Shown: positions 12,601 through 23,514 of the stretch, in pieces
Layout of the letters: the number at the start of each line of letters is the position of its first letter
Numbering within the stretch: the stretch's first letter is position 1
NCBI RefSeq assembly: GCF_002105155.1
Contig: NW_019029006.1
Coordinates: 1 to 64,000, forward strand
Source: Lobosporangium transversale
Taxonomy: Eukaryota
DNA length: 64,000 nt
Direction of reading: 5' to 3'
The notes under the pieces: model-generated
The model's input: only the letters and a program-made list of their open reading frames with translations
The model's database searches: none
What the model was told of the DNA's origin: nothing
Program-made: the position numbers and the translations under genes

Positions 12601-13548
12601 ATCCCGAAGCCTTTACCAGTGAAATTCGGTAGTGTTTGTCTGAATTGCAGGTTGCAACGAAAATAAACTGTTCTTTCACCATCTTTGAGCCTGAACTGAT
12701 TGATGCGTGTATGATTGCGCTTAGAGCAAGTAACAACGAAGAAGCAGACCTGATTGAGCGGAAGCGTGGTAAGGAATATCGTCTTCAGAAAAGCTTTTTT
12801 GGCTGGATGGTTTACGCTTGATTCACTATACAGCTCATCGTATCCTATTTAAAGTGCTATAATGTTATTAAAAACTTGAGCAGATGACTGAATATCCTAA
12901 TTGAAACGAAATAGGGACTGCGCCATTGAGAACAGGAGGTTGGTCAAGTCATGGCAACCAACATATTAAAATAAAGTATATAAAATAGAACAAATTAAAT
13001 GACACTTACAGTTGCCGGGAATAATCCAGTCGTCCTCTTTTTGTCCATCATTGACTTTCCTTTTTGCCCTCTTTGGCTTGTATCTCGATTTCATACAAAT
13101 ATCTGGCGATTCCCACCTCGGTTTGTTCATTCTTTTCTCCCATTTTTTTTTCTTAAACCCCTTTTCTCTCTACCATCCACGACGTATCTTTCTTCATCAT
13201 ACAAATCTCATTCAAATAACAGTTTCTTTAAACTTTCTGTCTTTGTTCTGGACCCTTATTTCTCTTTTCTTCTTCCTCTCTTCCTTCTTTCTTCGTTACT
13301 TCACATTCTCTATCCATATCAATTTTTAACTTCTCGTAGTCGTCTTTAACTGTGATATCCCAACAAACCATCCTTTTTCATTTCATCTGTTTTATTCCAA
13401 TATTCAATCTGTCGATCGGCCTGTCTTTTGCTCTCTATTCACAAACGCTCAGTTCGCTTTCCCGCTTGCCAATCCACGTTTTCTTGCCTTTTTTTTTTGT
13501 GATTTCTCCGCGGGATTTTTTGAGCTTTTGTCCCTCCCCCTTTATTTG

Positions 13549-15027
13549 ATGCTTTCCACACTCGTCATGGCTGGACACAGTCAGTTGCCCCACCTACTTT
13601 TCCATGCACAGAGCAATGCTCCTGTTAGCGACACTCACGTACCGCTCTTTGGTCTTTTGGATGACCTTGATAGCCGCCAGCTGCCCAATTTGATCTCGCC
13701 CAACCTTTCAATCATATCATTCGATGGAGAAGAGGGCGATGATGACAATATGCAAGAGTATGAAGCCACAGCCAATCCTTACGATAGCTTACAAGACCAA
13801 CTAGATCAGGAGACGCGGCCGACTACTCCACTTCAGATGATGCGTTCAGCGGGCGCAGGCTTCAATCCAAAACCTGACTCCAAACCTCAGCAACTTCCTT
13901 CGCCGTCGCGCCCTTTTTACAGTACATTGTCGTCGTGTCAGGAGCATCGACATCAACAACATGATACTCCAGGAAGTAGCCCCCTTGTACCTTTCTTTGT
14001 CCGGGATCAACAACTTCAACTTCCCTTTGATAAGAAACAACTTCAGCCAGATCACCAAATACTCTGTGCCCCCTATGGAGAGCATGTACCTAATGCTTCA
14101 TTATCAATCCCTATGGTCTATCCTACACCTTCTACTGCGCCATATGAGTCATTCAAGGCCACTATATCTGATCGAACACATTATGGTTATGGTCCCGTGT
14201 CTTCTTTCGAATACCACACAGAATCTCAGGCTATGGCTGCCTCCTTCCATCATCCTGATCTACAAAACGTAATACCTACATTTGAGCTTAACCGGGGTTT
14301 ATTGATGGTACCTCAGACTACTCATACTGAAAACATCCCTTTGTTGGTCTCCTCGCCCGATGCTTTGTTGCTGGGATCGCCTACCATGTCGTGGGCCTCA
14401 CTTTCGCGCGATTCGTCTCCGGATTACACGCTTACCCCTGCAATTATCAAGCGGCCTGATTCCCGCCCATCCAAGAAACGCTCAGAGTCAACACATTCAC
14501 GTGCAAGAAACAAGATTTATAAGGCAAAAGCTTTAGTATCCAATGTTCACCATGCCGAAATGGTGTCCTCTGCAGAGGATCCCTCAAAAGGACCATCCAA
14601 CCAATCCAATGAAGTGGTGGCTACCTCTGGTTCTTCGACTTTTACCATAGGTGTATCAGCTAAACGCAAGTGTCGAATTCGCCAAGTGAAGCATAGGTTT
14701 AAGCCTACATCTTTTGAATGTAATGTTCCTGGTTGTGGCAAGACTTTTTCTAGGGCCTATAATCTGACATCACATATGAAGACTCATTCCTCAGAGCGAC
14801 CGTTTCAGTGTGGGTCATGCCATTTGGCGTTTGCGAGACGTCATGACCTAGAGCGGCATGTGCGTCTGCACACAGGAGAAAAACCTTACACTTGTGAAGA
14901 CTGTGGATGTGGTTTCATGCGGAATGATGCACTACATCGCCACCAGCGGATCTGCGGACATTCAGCCACAGCGACAATCTTATTGGCTCAGTACCGGCAG
15001 CAACATCAACATCAGCAACAGCAATAA
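13549..15027 (+). CDS. C2H2 zinc-finger transcription factor (three C-terminal fingers), ~492 aa, single exon
   Basis: FECNVPGCGKTFSRAYNLTSHMKTH, SSERPFQCGSCHLAFARRHDLERHVRLH and TGEKPYTCEDCGCGFMRNDALHRHQRIC, after a long disordered P/S/Q-rich region. First in-frame ATG is at 13549. Confidence 0.92.
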   Translation: MLSTLVMAGHSQLPHLLFHAQSNAPVSDTHVPLFGLLDDLDSRQLPNLISPNLSIISFDGEEGDDDNMQEYEATANPYDSLQDQLDQETRPTTPLQMMRSAGAGFNPKPDSKPQQLPSPSRPFYSTLSSCQEHRHQQHDTPGSSPLVPFFVRDQQLQLPFDKKQLQPDHQILCAPYGEHVPNASLSIPMVYPTPSTAPYESFKATISDRTHYGYGPVSSFEYHTESQAMAASFHHPDLQNVIPTFELNRGLLMVPQTTHTENIPLLVSSPDALLLGSPTMSWASLSRDSSPDYTLTPAIIKRPDSRPSKKRSESTHSRARNKIYKAKALVSNVHHAEMVSSAEDPSKGPSNQSNEVVATSGSSTFTIGVSAKRKCRIRQVKHRFKPTSFECNVPGCGKTFSRAYNLTSHMKTHSSERPFQCGSCHLAFARRHDLERHVRLHTGEKPYTCEDCGCGFMRNDALHRHQRICGHSATATILLAQYRQQHQHQQQQ

Positions 15028-15348
15028 TAGCAATAATAGTAACATTGTACAACATGTAGATTAAATAAATTTGAATTTGAATATAAAAGGTTATATTTTT
15101 TCAAGTATGCAGGGCGTTTCACAGGGGCATTGACCTACCAATTGTTCTTCCCCGCATAGCTGTCGGATCCACTTTTTTTGTATTCCGGTTGACATTCCGT
15201 TTATTCGCGTAACAGTAAGAAAAAAAAGTGATCTGCATCCAGAACCCATTCCGCATGAGCATGCTCATTCCCATTCTTGCCTCTGCATTCTTTACTTTAC
15301 CTGCGACTGCACCTTACGTGCTGCCAGTGGGAATAACATTCAATTATC

Positions 15349-15930
15349 ATGAGTCCTTCGACTTCCCCTCAGGCTGATATCATTTCGCTACCAACATTAT
15401 CTTCAGTTCCGGTGTCTGCATCTGAGAGTACAAGGGTTACAGCGTCATCTTTTGTTACACATACCCATATCGCCACTATTACTTCTAGATCAGCTTCTCC
15501 TTCATCAAATCCTAGCTCATCACCAGTAAAAATCTCTCCTCGCTCTAAATCACCTCTGACCGGACAGAACGACCGTGAGCCCTGTGGCCACAGTGACCAG
15601 GCAATAAATAGTGAGGATGAGCAGCTGAACCAGATTCTTTCATTACCGCAGCAGGAACAGCACCGACAGCGCACTCATGGACGGAGTAGAGAGTCCTCCC
15701 CACTCCAGGCGCGGACAGCATCACCTTCTGAGGAATCGACAGGTGCTACGATAGCAGCAGCAGCGGCGGCGGCAGCAGCATCATACACATCACAAGAACT
15801 TGCGATTGCATACTCCATGATCACTTCAACTCGACAAAAGCAGAAGCGTGAACAGACACACAAGACACAACAATTAACACAAACGCAAGACATGAGGCCA
15901 CGGCTAAGACAAAGTAGGTTCCCTCCATAG
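15349..15930 (+). CDS. Ser/Pro/Gln-rich low-complexity ORF (193 aa); either a separate small gene or an alternative first exon of the downstream gene
   Basis: Long ATG-initiated ORF with coding-like composition and poly-Ala; no recognisable domain; GTAGGT donor-like site at 15914. Confidence 0.45.
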   Translation: MSPSTSPQADIISLPTLSSVPVSASESTRVTASSFVTHTHIATITSRSASPSSNPSSSPVKISPRSKSPLTGQNDREPCGHSDQAINSEDEQLNQILSLPQQEQHRQRTHGRSRESSPLQARTASPSEESTGATIAAAAAAAAASYTSQELAIAYSMITSTRQKQKREQTHKTQQLTQTQDMRPRLRQSRFPP

Positions 15931-16383
15931 AAGAAAGATCTATAAGAAGTGCTTTTTATAATGGACTACCCCGCATTTTTACTCCACAGCAGTAATTGTT
16001 TACAGTGTGCTGGATGATTTTTCTCACCATGGAGGCGAGTGATGATCGAGTGGGTATGTATGTTTGCGTTATTGTGTGTGTTTGTGAGTCTGAATATGAA
16101 AAGAATCACAGAGAATGACAGAGTATCTGTTAATTGTTCTTTGTAATGCAGTCAATCGGTCGTCAAAAGACGGAAATCGGAGCACGTTGTCGGATGGGGT
16201 TCATGTGTGTGTGGTTACAATCCTGGTTATTGGAAACATGCACACACATGAGTACAGTTGTCCATTTTTGTGTTGGCACAAGAAGTCGTGAAATGTCCCG
16301 TTCCCTCATCGCTCACCGTTTTCCATCCTTGACTTCTGTGTCTCATTTCCTCCATTCCCTCCATCCCCCTGTTGTTTTAAACT

Positions 16384-19300
16384 ATGGAGGATCATTCTGC
16401 AGAGGATCATCCTCCGTCAGATGTTCATCATGCTTACTCTGCTCGCATTCCTGCCTCTACCACTGCCTCTGCCTCTGCCTCTGCCTCTGCTTCTGCTTCT
16501 GTATCTGCTTCTGTTTCTGCTTCTGTTTCTGCTTCTCATGCTCCACCTGAGCAAAATCGTGCAAATCCAGACTATAATAAATTACATCTACATCATCTAT
16601 ATCAGCATCCATCACTAGACCATGGTCAACAGCACCATCATCACCAGGAACATCAACAAAACCCCCCTTATCTTGACAAGGACTATTCTAACCAGCATCA
16701 CCAGAAGCGCTCGGAATTAATCTCTTCTTCCGCCTCGGCTCCAGCTCAAACCTCGTATTCTCTGCAGACTGATCATCCACATAGTCAACACTCCTTATCT
16801 CACTCATTTCTTAAGCCAGGAGTCGATCGAAGCCACATGAATGGAGACTCCAATCATGGTGATGCTTGTTCTTCGTTGCAGGATGAAAGGGATAAGGAGT
16901 ATAGGCAAGAGAACGGACGGGATCTTAAACGTACTGGCCACCGTGAGCATGATCATGAGAGGAGGAATAGTCATTATCATGGCAGTATCAGTAGCAGTAG
17001 CAGAAGTAGTAGCATGATTCAAGCAGAGCATCATCCCAGGATGCGATCTGTATCTCATTCCTTCTATGCCAACCACTACCCTCCAGGGCCACAACCTGCT
17101 ACAGTCTCGCATCATCCTAACGCATTGAATCGTTACCCTTTTTCCATTCCATCTATATCAGCCAAACTTGACCAGCCTACATCTGATGATGGTAATGATG
17201 CTCTGTCGTCACTCTGGAAGGTATTAAGAGCAAGATACTATGCGTAATGTTTTTCTTTTTTTTGCGACTTTATTCGGTACACTTATGCATAGACTAATGC
17301 TTTCTTTGTGGCCTTGGCCCGTGCTGATAGAAAACAACACCCATTCAGGAACCCTATTTTCGGACGCGGCATCCTATCGCATCGCAGCACACGCTGTCAA
17401 CACTTGCAGGAGGTACGAATGGCTTGTGCATTTTTTAAAAAAAGAAAAAAATGCTGCCTACTGCTTAGATAATTGCTGTCTGTGAATTAATGCCTTTTGC
17501 ACGAGCACTTATTTGTTGTCTGAAATCTTCGCTTCACAGTTCTATTCTCGCTGGACGAGATGCCGACAGAATTCACGCAGGATATGTACATCGCCATGCG
17601 TAATCGTATTTTTGAGTTGGAAGCCAAATCTGTCAATTATTCTCCCTTCACCCCCTCTCGCAAAAGGTCGATTGACAGGTCAGGCATTGACGACTATCCC
17701 AGCTATTATGGGTATGACCCAGATTATGGGCATTATCCAAAGCGGCCTCCACACATTTATTATTCACGGCCATCATTGCGGTCACATGGCCCTCCTGAGT
17801 TCGATCGACCACCATCCCCAGTTTACAAATATTCAACATCCTACCCATCATGGTACACGCCTGAAATCTATACAAATGGTACCCACCATTCCTCATATCA
17901 TGGCAGATACCCTCTGGAGCGAGAACGAGATTATCCTTCTCATGGGGAGTCATATTATCATCATTCTGATTCGCGTCCTGGATCTCGCCCAGGGTCTCCT
18001 CCAGCGAGCAATCATACTACCATACCTTTGCGCCCTGGGCACAGTTCACCACCTTTAGAATCCTTGTCTACGAAACTCTATGTACATCCTTCACATCCAT
18101 CTTCCTACTCTTCCAAAATTTCAGATTTGCGACAATCTCGTCATCCAGATGACAAAGTTTTACAAGGCATTCAGCAGAGCACACCATATGCTTCAATTGT
18201 ACCACAGCTCCAACCTCATAAGCATCCAGCACACGCTTCACTTCTGTCTCAGCATCCCTTGTCACAACATGATCGATCTCAGATACAATCTAACCCAGGA
18301 CGTCTGCAAGCCACTACTCATCAATCTCATCAGCAGCTACAACAGCAGCATCCACAAAAGCAAGTACAGCCCAATGAAGCTTCATCTGAAGTTATTCCAC
18401 AAGACGCAGCAACCGAAATGCGCCAGTCCATTCACCAGCAGCGACATCGCGCGCAGCAGCAAGCTCAGTCGGCTCACTCTAGGTCATATCACCTTCATAA
18501 GCACATGCGCATGCTCGATCAGCAGCGCGCTGCTCAGTTGGTGACTCAAAATACTCAACAGCGACCTCCACAACAGGCTCAATCACAACAACTACAACAG
18601 CTTCACCCAAAACCTGCACAACATCAACAAAGTTCTAGTTTCAAGCCAATTCAACGACATTATCAGCCGCATCAGCAAATGTACCCTATATATAATCAAC
18701 CAATCCCTATCAAACCTCATCCACCAGCGCCATCTCAACATGCGCCTCAGGCTATTAGGCCAAGCCCGCTCCAGTCCCAGCAGCGCTTAACTCAGCAGCA
18801 ACAGATTTTGCAGCGATACCAGCAACACCGTCAACTTCAACAGAAGCAGCAACAATTGCGCCAGCTTCAGTACCTTCGAAACCGTCAAATGGCATCGAAC
18901 CCGACACAAAAGTCTTCACTTGGGGGTGTTCCAACTTCACCTGGGTCACACTCGCCAACTCCACCACGTGTTTTTGGGCCCCAAGTTGATCGGCCCATTA
19001 AGAAATCAACTCGTCCTTTAGAGTGCTCGAATTGCATGGCTTTAGATTCGTTGTCATGGAAACCAAAGGTAGAGTTACAGATTGTGATACCGGATGGATC
19101 AAGATCTTCTGAAGACGATACTGCGGCCGCGAGCAGAGTTCTGTGTCCAGTGTGCACGCAGTATTTGCAGGTGCATGGTAAACCGCGTCCAGTGCCACCT
19201 TTCAGAACAAACTTTTTGAAGAAGATTCACGCTCGTTTCAAACGAGAGTTACAGGAGGTGCGGTTTCAGGGATGGCAAGATGCACAGATACTTGAGATTG

Positions 19301-20220
19301 AAGACCGCATGGTGGAGCGAGAATTCCAAATGGTTTTCAATGGGCTAGATGAGGGTGATACTCTAGAGATCCAGAATCGACGAGCTTCTCCTTCTCACTC
19401 TCCTGATCCTCCAGTCATCTCGAATGTAGAAGCGGCTGCGAAGCCTGCTTCGAGTAGCATGTCATCTACACAAACGGAGAATACTAGCTCAAATGTGTCC
19501 TCGTCACTATCGATGAGCAAGCAGATTGAAACCATTGTAATCAAAATTGAAGATGATGAAGATGACAATACGACCCTAAATAAGGCCAAGCCTGATAATA
19601 TTGAGGTACGCACATTCCAAAGCGAGGCATCTGTCGGAGAGCTGTTTGGACATCGATGGAGGACCGAGCCAGTGGTCGGATATACACTAGTACATTTTGG
19701 AGGCTCTGATCGTACCCGAATGGTTCCTATGAACCCTACAGTCCCATCCCTGAGTGAGTGACTAATGCTGATATTCCTTACGTACCTGATTTCTGATCAT
19801 ATATAACATATTACTAAAGACTCTTTTTGTTCAATATGTTTAATATCTAATATAGCTGTCACATTCAATCGTTCTGAAGAGACGATCACATTCTCGTTTA
19901 GAGTCCTAGTGAATGGACTATGTTTGTTATCTTCCGGAGGCGGCCCTCCTGCTCTACATATGCCAGAAATGGCCGATGATGAAGAGGAAGAAGAAGAGGA
20001 AGAAGTCGTCGTAGTCCCTGATAACGATAAGGATGATGTATCACCATCGCCTCCTGGAACAGCTAGCTCAGATGCTCCTACAGACACTAAAACTGCAACT
20101 ATTTCAGCCTCAGACTATCCAGAAGCGGCGTCTATCGCCGATACTAACATGGATACGGATGTGAATGCAAATGCAGGTGTAGATATGTCTATTAGTGAAT
20201 TGGCCACCAATGATGAATAA
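16384..20220 (+). CDS. Large Q/H/S-rich putative transcription factor with an atypical GATA-type zinc finger, ~1165 aa; exons 16384-17220, 17331-17412, 17540-19753, 19856-20220
   Basis: ECSNC...W...LCPVCTQYLQVHGKPRP resembles the GATA consensus CxNC...W...LCNACGLY.K.HG..RP. All junctions are GT-AG and frame-consistent. Confidence 0.75.
16465..16536 (+). repeat. Coding hexanucleotide repeat (GCYTCT/GTHTCT) encoding (Ala/Val-Ser)n
   Basis: ASASASASASASVSASVSASVSAS in the translation. Confidence 0.9.
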
Positions 20221-20543
20221 GCACACAATATCCTTTTATTATTTATATTTTCTGGTTTTTGCTATTTGTAGTAGTATTAATTCTTATAGTGCTATAGAGT
20301 AGCATTGGTAGAAGTATTGAGGACAGCAAGCAGCGCTTCTAGCGGTCAGGTTACCTCTTACATGTATTTTTAGCTTCAATATATTTATATCTTGATGAGA
20401 TCTTGAATAAAAGCCCATTGGCCACAACTTGAATCAGGAACCAAAGAATGGAAAGCGTGGCTTGGGCTCGTATAAAGGCGAGACAGATCCGTGCCTCATC
20501 CGCTAGACATCTCTCAACTTAGAACGAACACATTTTGGGAGCC

Positions 20544-21966
20544 ATGTTCATCGGCATTGTGGGTCCATCATGTAGTGGGAAGCATGAAGTCATGGACTTG
20601 CTCACTAGAGTATATGACTTCAAAAAATTATACCTTAAGTCAGCTGTCTCCAACAGAGCGTTGCACACCGGGCAGGGCTCAAATACCGCCCGAATCCAAG
20701 ACCCAATGTCACAGAGTGCAGAATTCGATACCATCGAAGCCATGCTGAGCTTTGTCACGCTCAATTGGATGAATCATTATGTTACATGTGATGTCAATAC
20801 TGTCCACGGGATTTCTATACTTTGCAAACGGCCTTTCTTTTTATTATTGTCAGTGGAGAGTCCAATGATGATGCGGTACCGTCGGTGTGTGGCACGGTAA
20901 GGCCGGAACAAGTCTTTGTTTTTGTGTAATAGTTAATTACTGGCAATCATTGGTCACAGTAGCTGACACAAACGAGCCGCCATAATACCACTTGTAGGTG
21001 TCAAAGGCAAGATCTTCCAATACCATCATTGGAGCAGTTTGTTGAAATGAGCGACAATTCGTTGTACACAATCTCTAAGAGCCTCACAGCACCAACGCCA
21101 GTATCGGACTCCTCAGTACAATTTCCTGATCTAGAGTCAGACGAAGGTTTGGACCTGATGGCTAATGATAATACCAGTATAGTCACCTCTTTATTAGACC
21201 AAGATCAGAATCTGTCAACTACTTCCTACCCATCGGAGTCACCCTCACCCATCTTCATTTTTAACACTCCATCCTATAAACTTCTATCCATGTCCGACCT
21301 TTCGATCCTTAACAACCATTCGGACCTCACATCGCTCCAGCAATCACTCGAAGCACTCGATATCACCAATCCAGATCTACTAAGACCGTCATGGGACTCG
21401 TATTTCATGTATTTAGCGAATTTGGCAGCACGTCGGTCCAACTGCATGAAGCGCCGAGTCGGATGTGTTCTTGTTCGGGACAAGCGTGTAATAGCCACGG
21501 GATACAACGGAACACCCAAAAATTTGAAGAATTGCAATGATGGGGGCTGCTCGAGGTGTAATCAAGCGACGCCTTGTGGGCGAGGGTTAGATCGGTGCCT
21601 TTGTATGCATGCTGAGGAGAATGCATTATTGGAAGCCGGAAGAGAGCGAATTGGGACTGGTAGCACGATCTATTGCAACACTTGCCCTTGTCTTGGTAAT
21701 AACTTGTGTGTAGCGTTGGCTTTACGAAGGTTGTTCATTCGCACAGCAATTAGTGATACTTTTAGGAACTAATATGCCGTTTTTTTTTTGTTTACACAGG
21801 TTGTGCAATCAAGATTGTACAAGTCGGTATTAGCCAAGTAGTCTATTCTGAATCATATGGGATGGACGAGTTGACAGCTGAAGTATTTCGGAAAGCAGGT
21901 ATTGACCTTCGACAGCATGCAACGCCAGGGATCAAGTTAGACCAATCCATAGCAAGTTACAAATAA
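20544..21966 (+). CDS. DCD1: dCMP deaminase with N-terminal P-loop-like domain, ~405 aa; exons 20544-20896, 20998-21695, 21800-21966
   Basis: RPSWDSYFMYLANLAARRSNCMKRRVGCVLV, ATGYNGTP, and Zn motifs HAEENA and PCLGC (split by intron 2). N-terminal GIVGPSCSGK and KRPFFLLLSVESP are typical of fungal Dcd1. Confidence 0.95.
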
Positions 21967-22083
21967 AAAGTTGCCAACGCAGATGTAATTAAGGGTGGTC
22001 TGTTCGTCACGTTATGTTTAATTAAATATGAAAAGGTTCCCATCATATTCTTTATCCATATTCCCATCAAACATCTCATCAAA

Positions 22084-23215
22084 ATGGTTTCATTCAAACG
22101 TGCATTGGTTTTCTTCATGGCCCTCATCACCCTCGCTATCACGGTGCAGGGTGCAAAAGGACCTCATATTACCAACAAAGGTATTAACTTCAGAGGACAG
22201 CAGTCATCACATTTTTAATGAAGTTGAGGTTTATCTGGAAATCATCACTGACAATCTCTAATGTATAATCGATAACTGATAGTCTACTTTGATATCGAGC
22301 AAGACGGTAAAGATCTCGGTCGCATTGTCATTGGCCTCTTTGGAAAGGTAATGCGTATATTTCTTTTTCGTAATATATTTTTTATTTCCCCACCTTTCAA
22401 TCTTATTCTTATACAGAAGAACACGTTTTATAACTAGACTGTTCCAGATACAACTAAGAACTTTCTCGAGCTCGCCACGGGCGTTCATGGTTTCGGTTAC
22501 GCCGGATCCGCTTTCCACCGTGTTATCAAGGTATCCCTAAGACCTCGGTTCTTATTCTAACGTTGGCTGAATGAATTCCTCACAACCTCTGAATATTAAT
22601 CTCGTTTACTCCCTATCACTATAGGATTTCATGATTCAAGGTGTAAGTCGATTTATGTACAGTTTTCTTGCCCTGGATCGAGCTGGAATGAGCCGTTTAA
22701 CAATCCATGATCTTCGGAGCCATGAATGTAACCTTTTTTTTTATTATCAACTAGGGCGATTTCACCAATGGCGATGGTTCCGGTGGCAAGTCGATCTATG
22801 GAGCCAAATTCAAGGATGAGAACTTCAAGCTTCGCCACACTGGTCCTGGTATTTTGAGCATGGCCAACGCTGGAAAGGACACCAACGGATCCCAGGTAGG
22901 ATGGTCGCAATTCACAATTCTCTTACTCTTTCTTATTGATATTTTCCTTTGGTATTCCATGAATGGACTATAGTGGCTAATACCTATTTTTACCTAAAAA
23001 AAAAAAAAAATTAGTTCTTCATCACAACCGTCAAGACTTCATGGTTGGATGGGCGCCATGTTGTCTTTGGCAAAGTTCTCGAAGGCATGGAGGTTGTCAC
23101 TGCGATCGAGAACACGCCTACTGGCGTTAACGATCGCCCCAAGTCTCCTGTTAAAATTAAAGCTTCCGGTGAAATCCCTATGGAGGAAGACAAGATTGAG
23201 CACGCCGAGTTGTAA
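22084..23215 (+). CDS. CYPB: ER cyclophilin (peptidyl-prolyl cis-trans isomerase B), ~204 aa; exons 22084-22180, 22283-22347, 22438-22530, 22625-22642, 22755-22895, 23015-23215
   Basis: Signal peptide [80 protein letters not shown]-terminal HAEL. Not visible in the ORF track. Confidence 0.95.
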
Positions 23216-23514
23216 TTTTTGTTAGATCTAAGTCATTTGTAATTATTTATAGATGAAGGAGCTATATTTAATAATTGCAATAGTCATCACCAAATACCAA
23301 TATTGGCCCAAACGCACTCTTCCTTGTCCAGAAATCATGATTGCTTTTTCAGACTTTTAGGAGGGTTAAACACGTTCGTGTATGTGGCTTATTCGATGTA
23401 TCTTAAAACGTAAAGCCTTTTGTTGTCTCTGTACTTGACTTTACACTTTATTTTAATTGCTGGATTACCCATCGACATTGAATCGCAAACTTGCACACAT
23501 AACCAGAATACGTC

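Noticed and set aside
12999..13549. Phe/Leu/Ser-rich ORFs upstream of the C2H2 gene
   Set aside because: They arise from a pyrimidine-rich 5' UTR/promoter and are not credible proteins.
16039..16093. Box C (GTGATGA) / box D (CTGA) pair; a similar pair at ~12207-12257
   Set aside because: Too short, with no terminal stem and no evident rRNA guide.
19759..19764. TGACTA stop-readthrough context
   Set aside because: It falls inside a well-supported intron, and the extension would not give a PTS1.
22531..22624. Cyclophilin intron starting GTATCCCT as a possible U12-type intron
   Set aside because: It deviates from GTATCCTT and has no convincing TCCTTAAC branch site near the acceptor.
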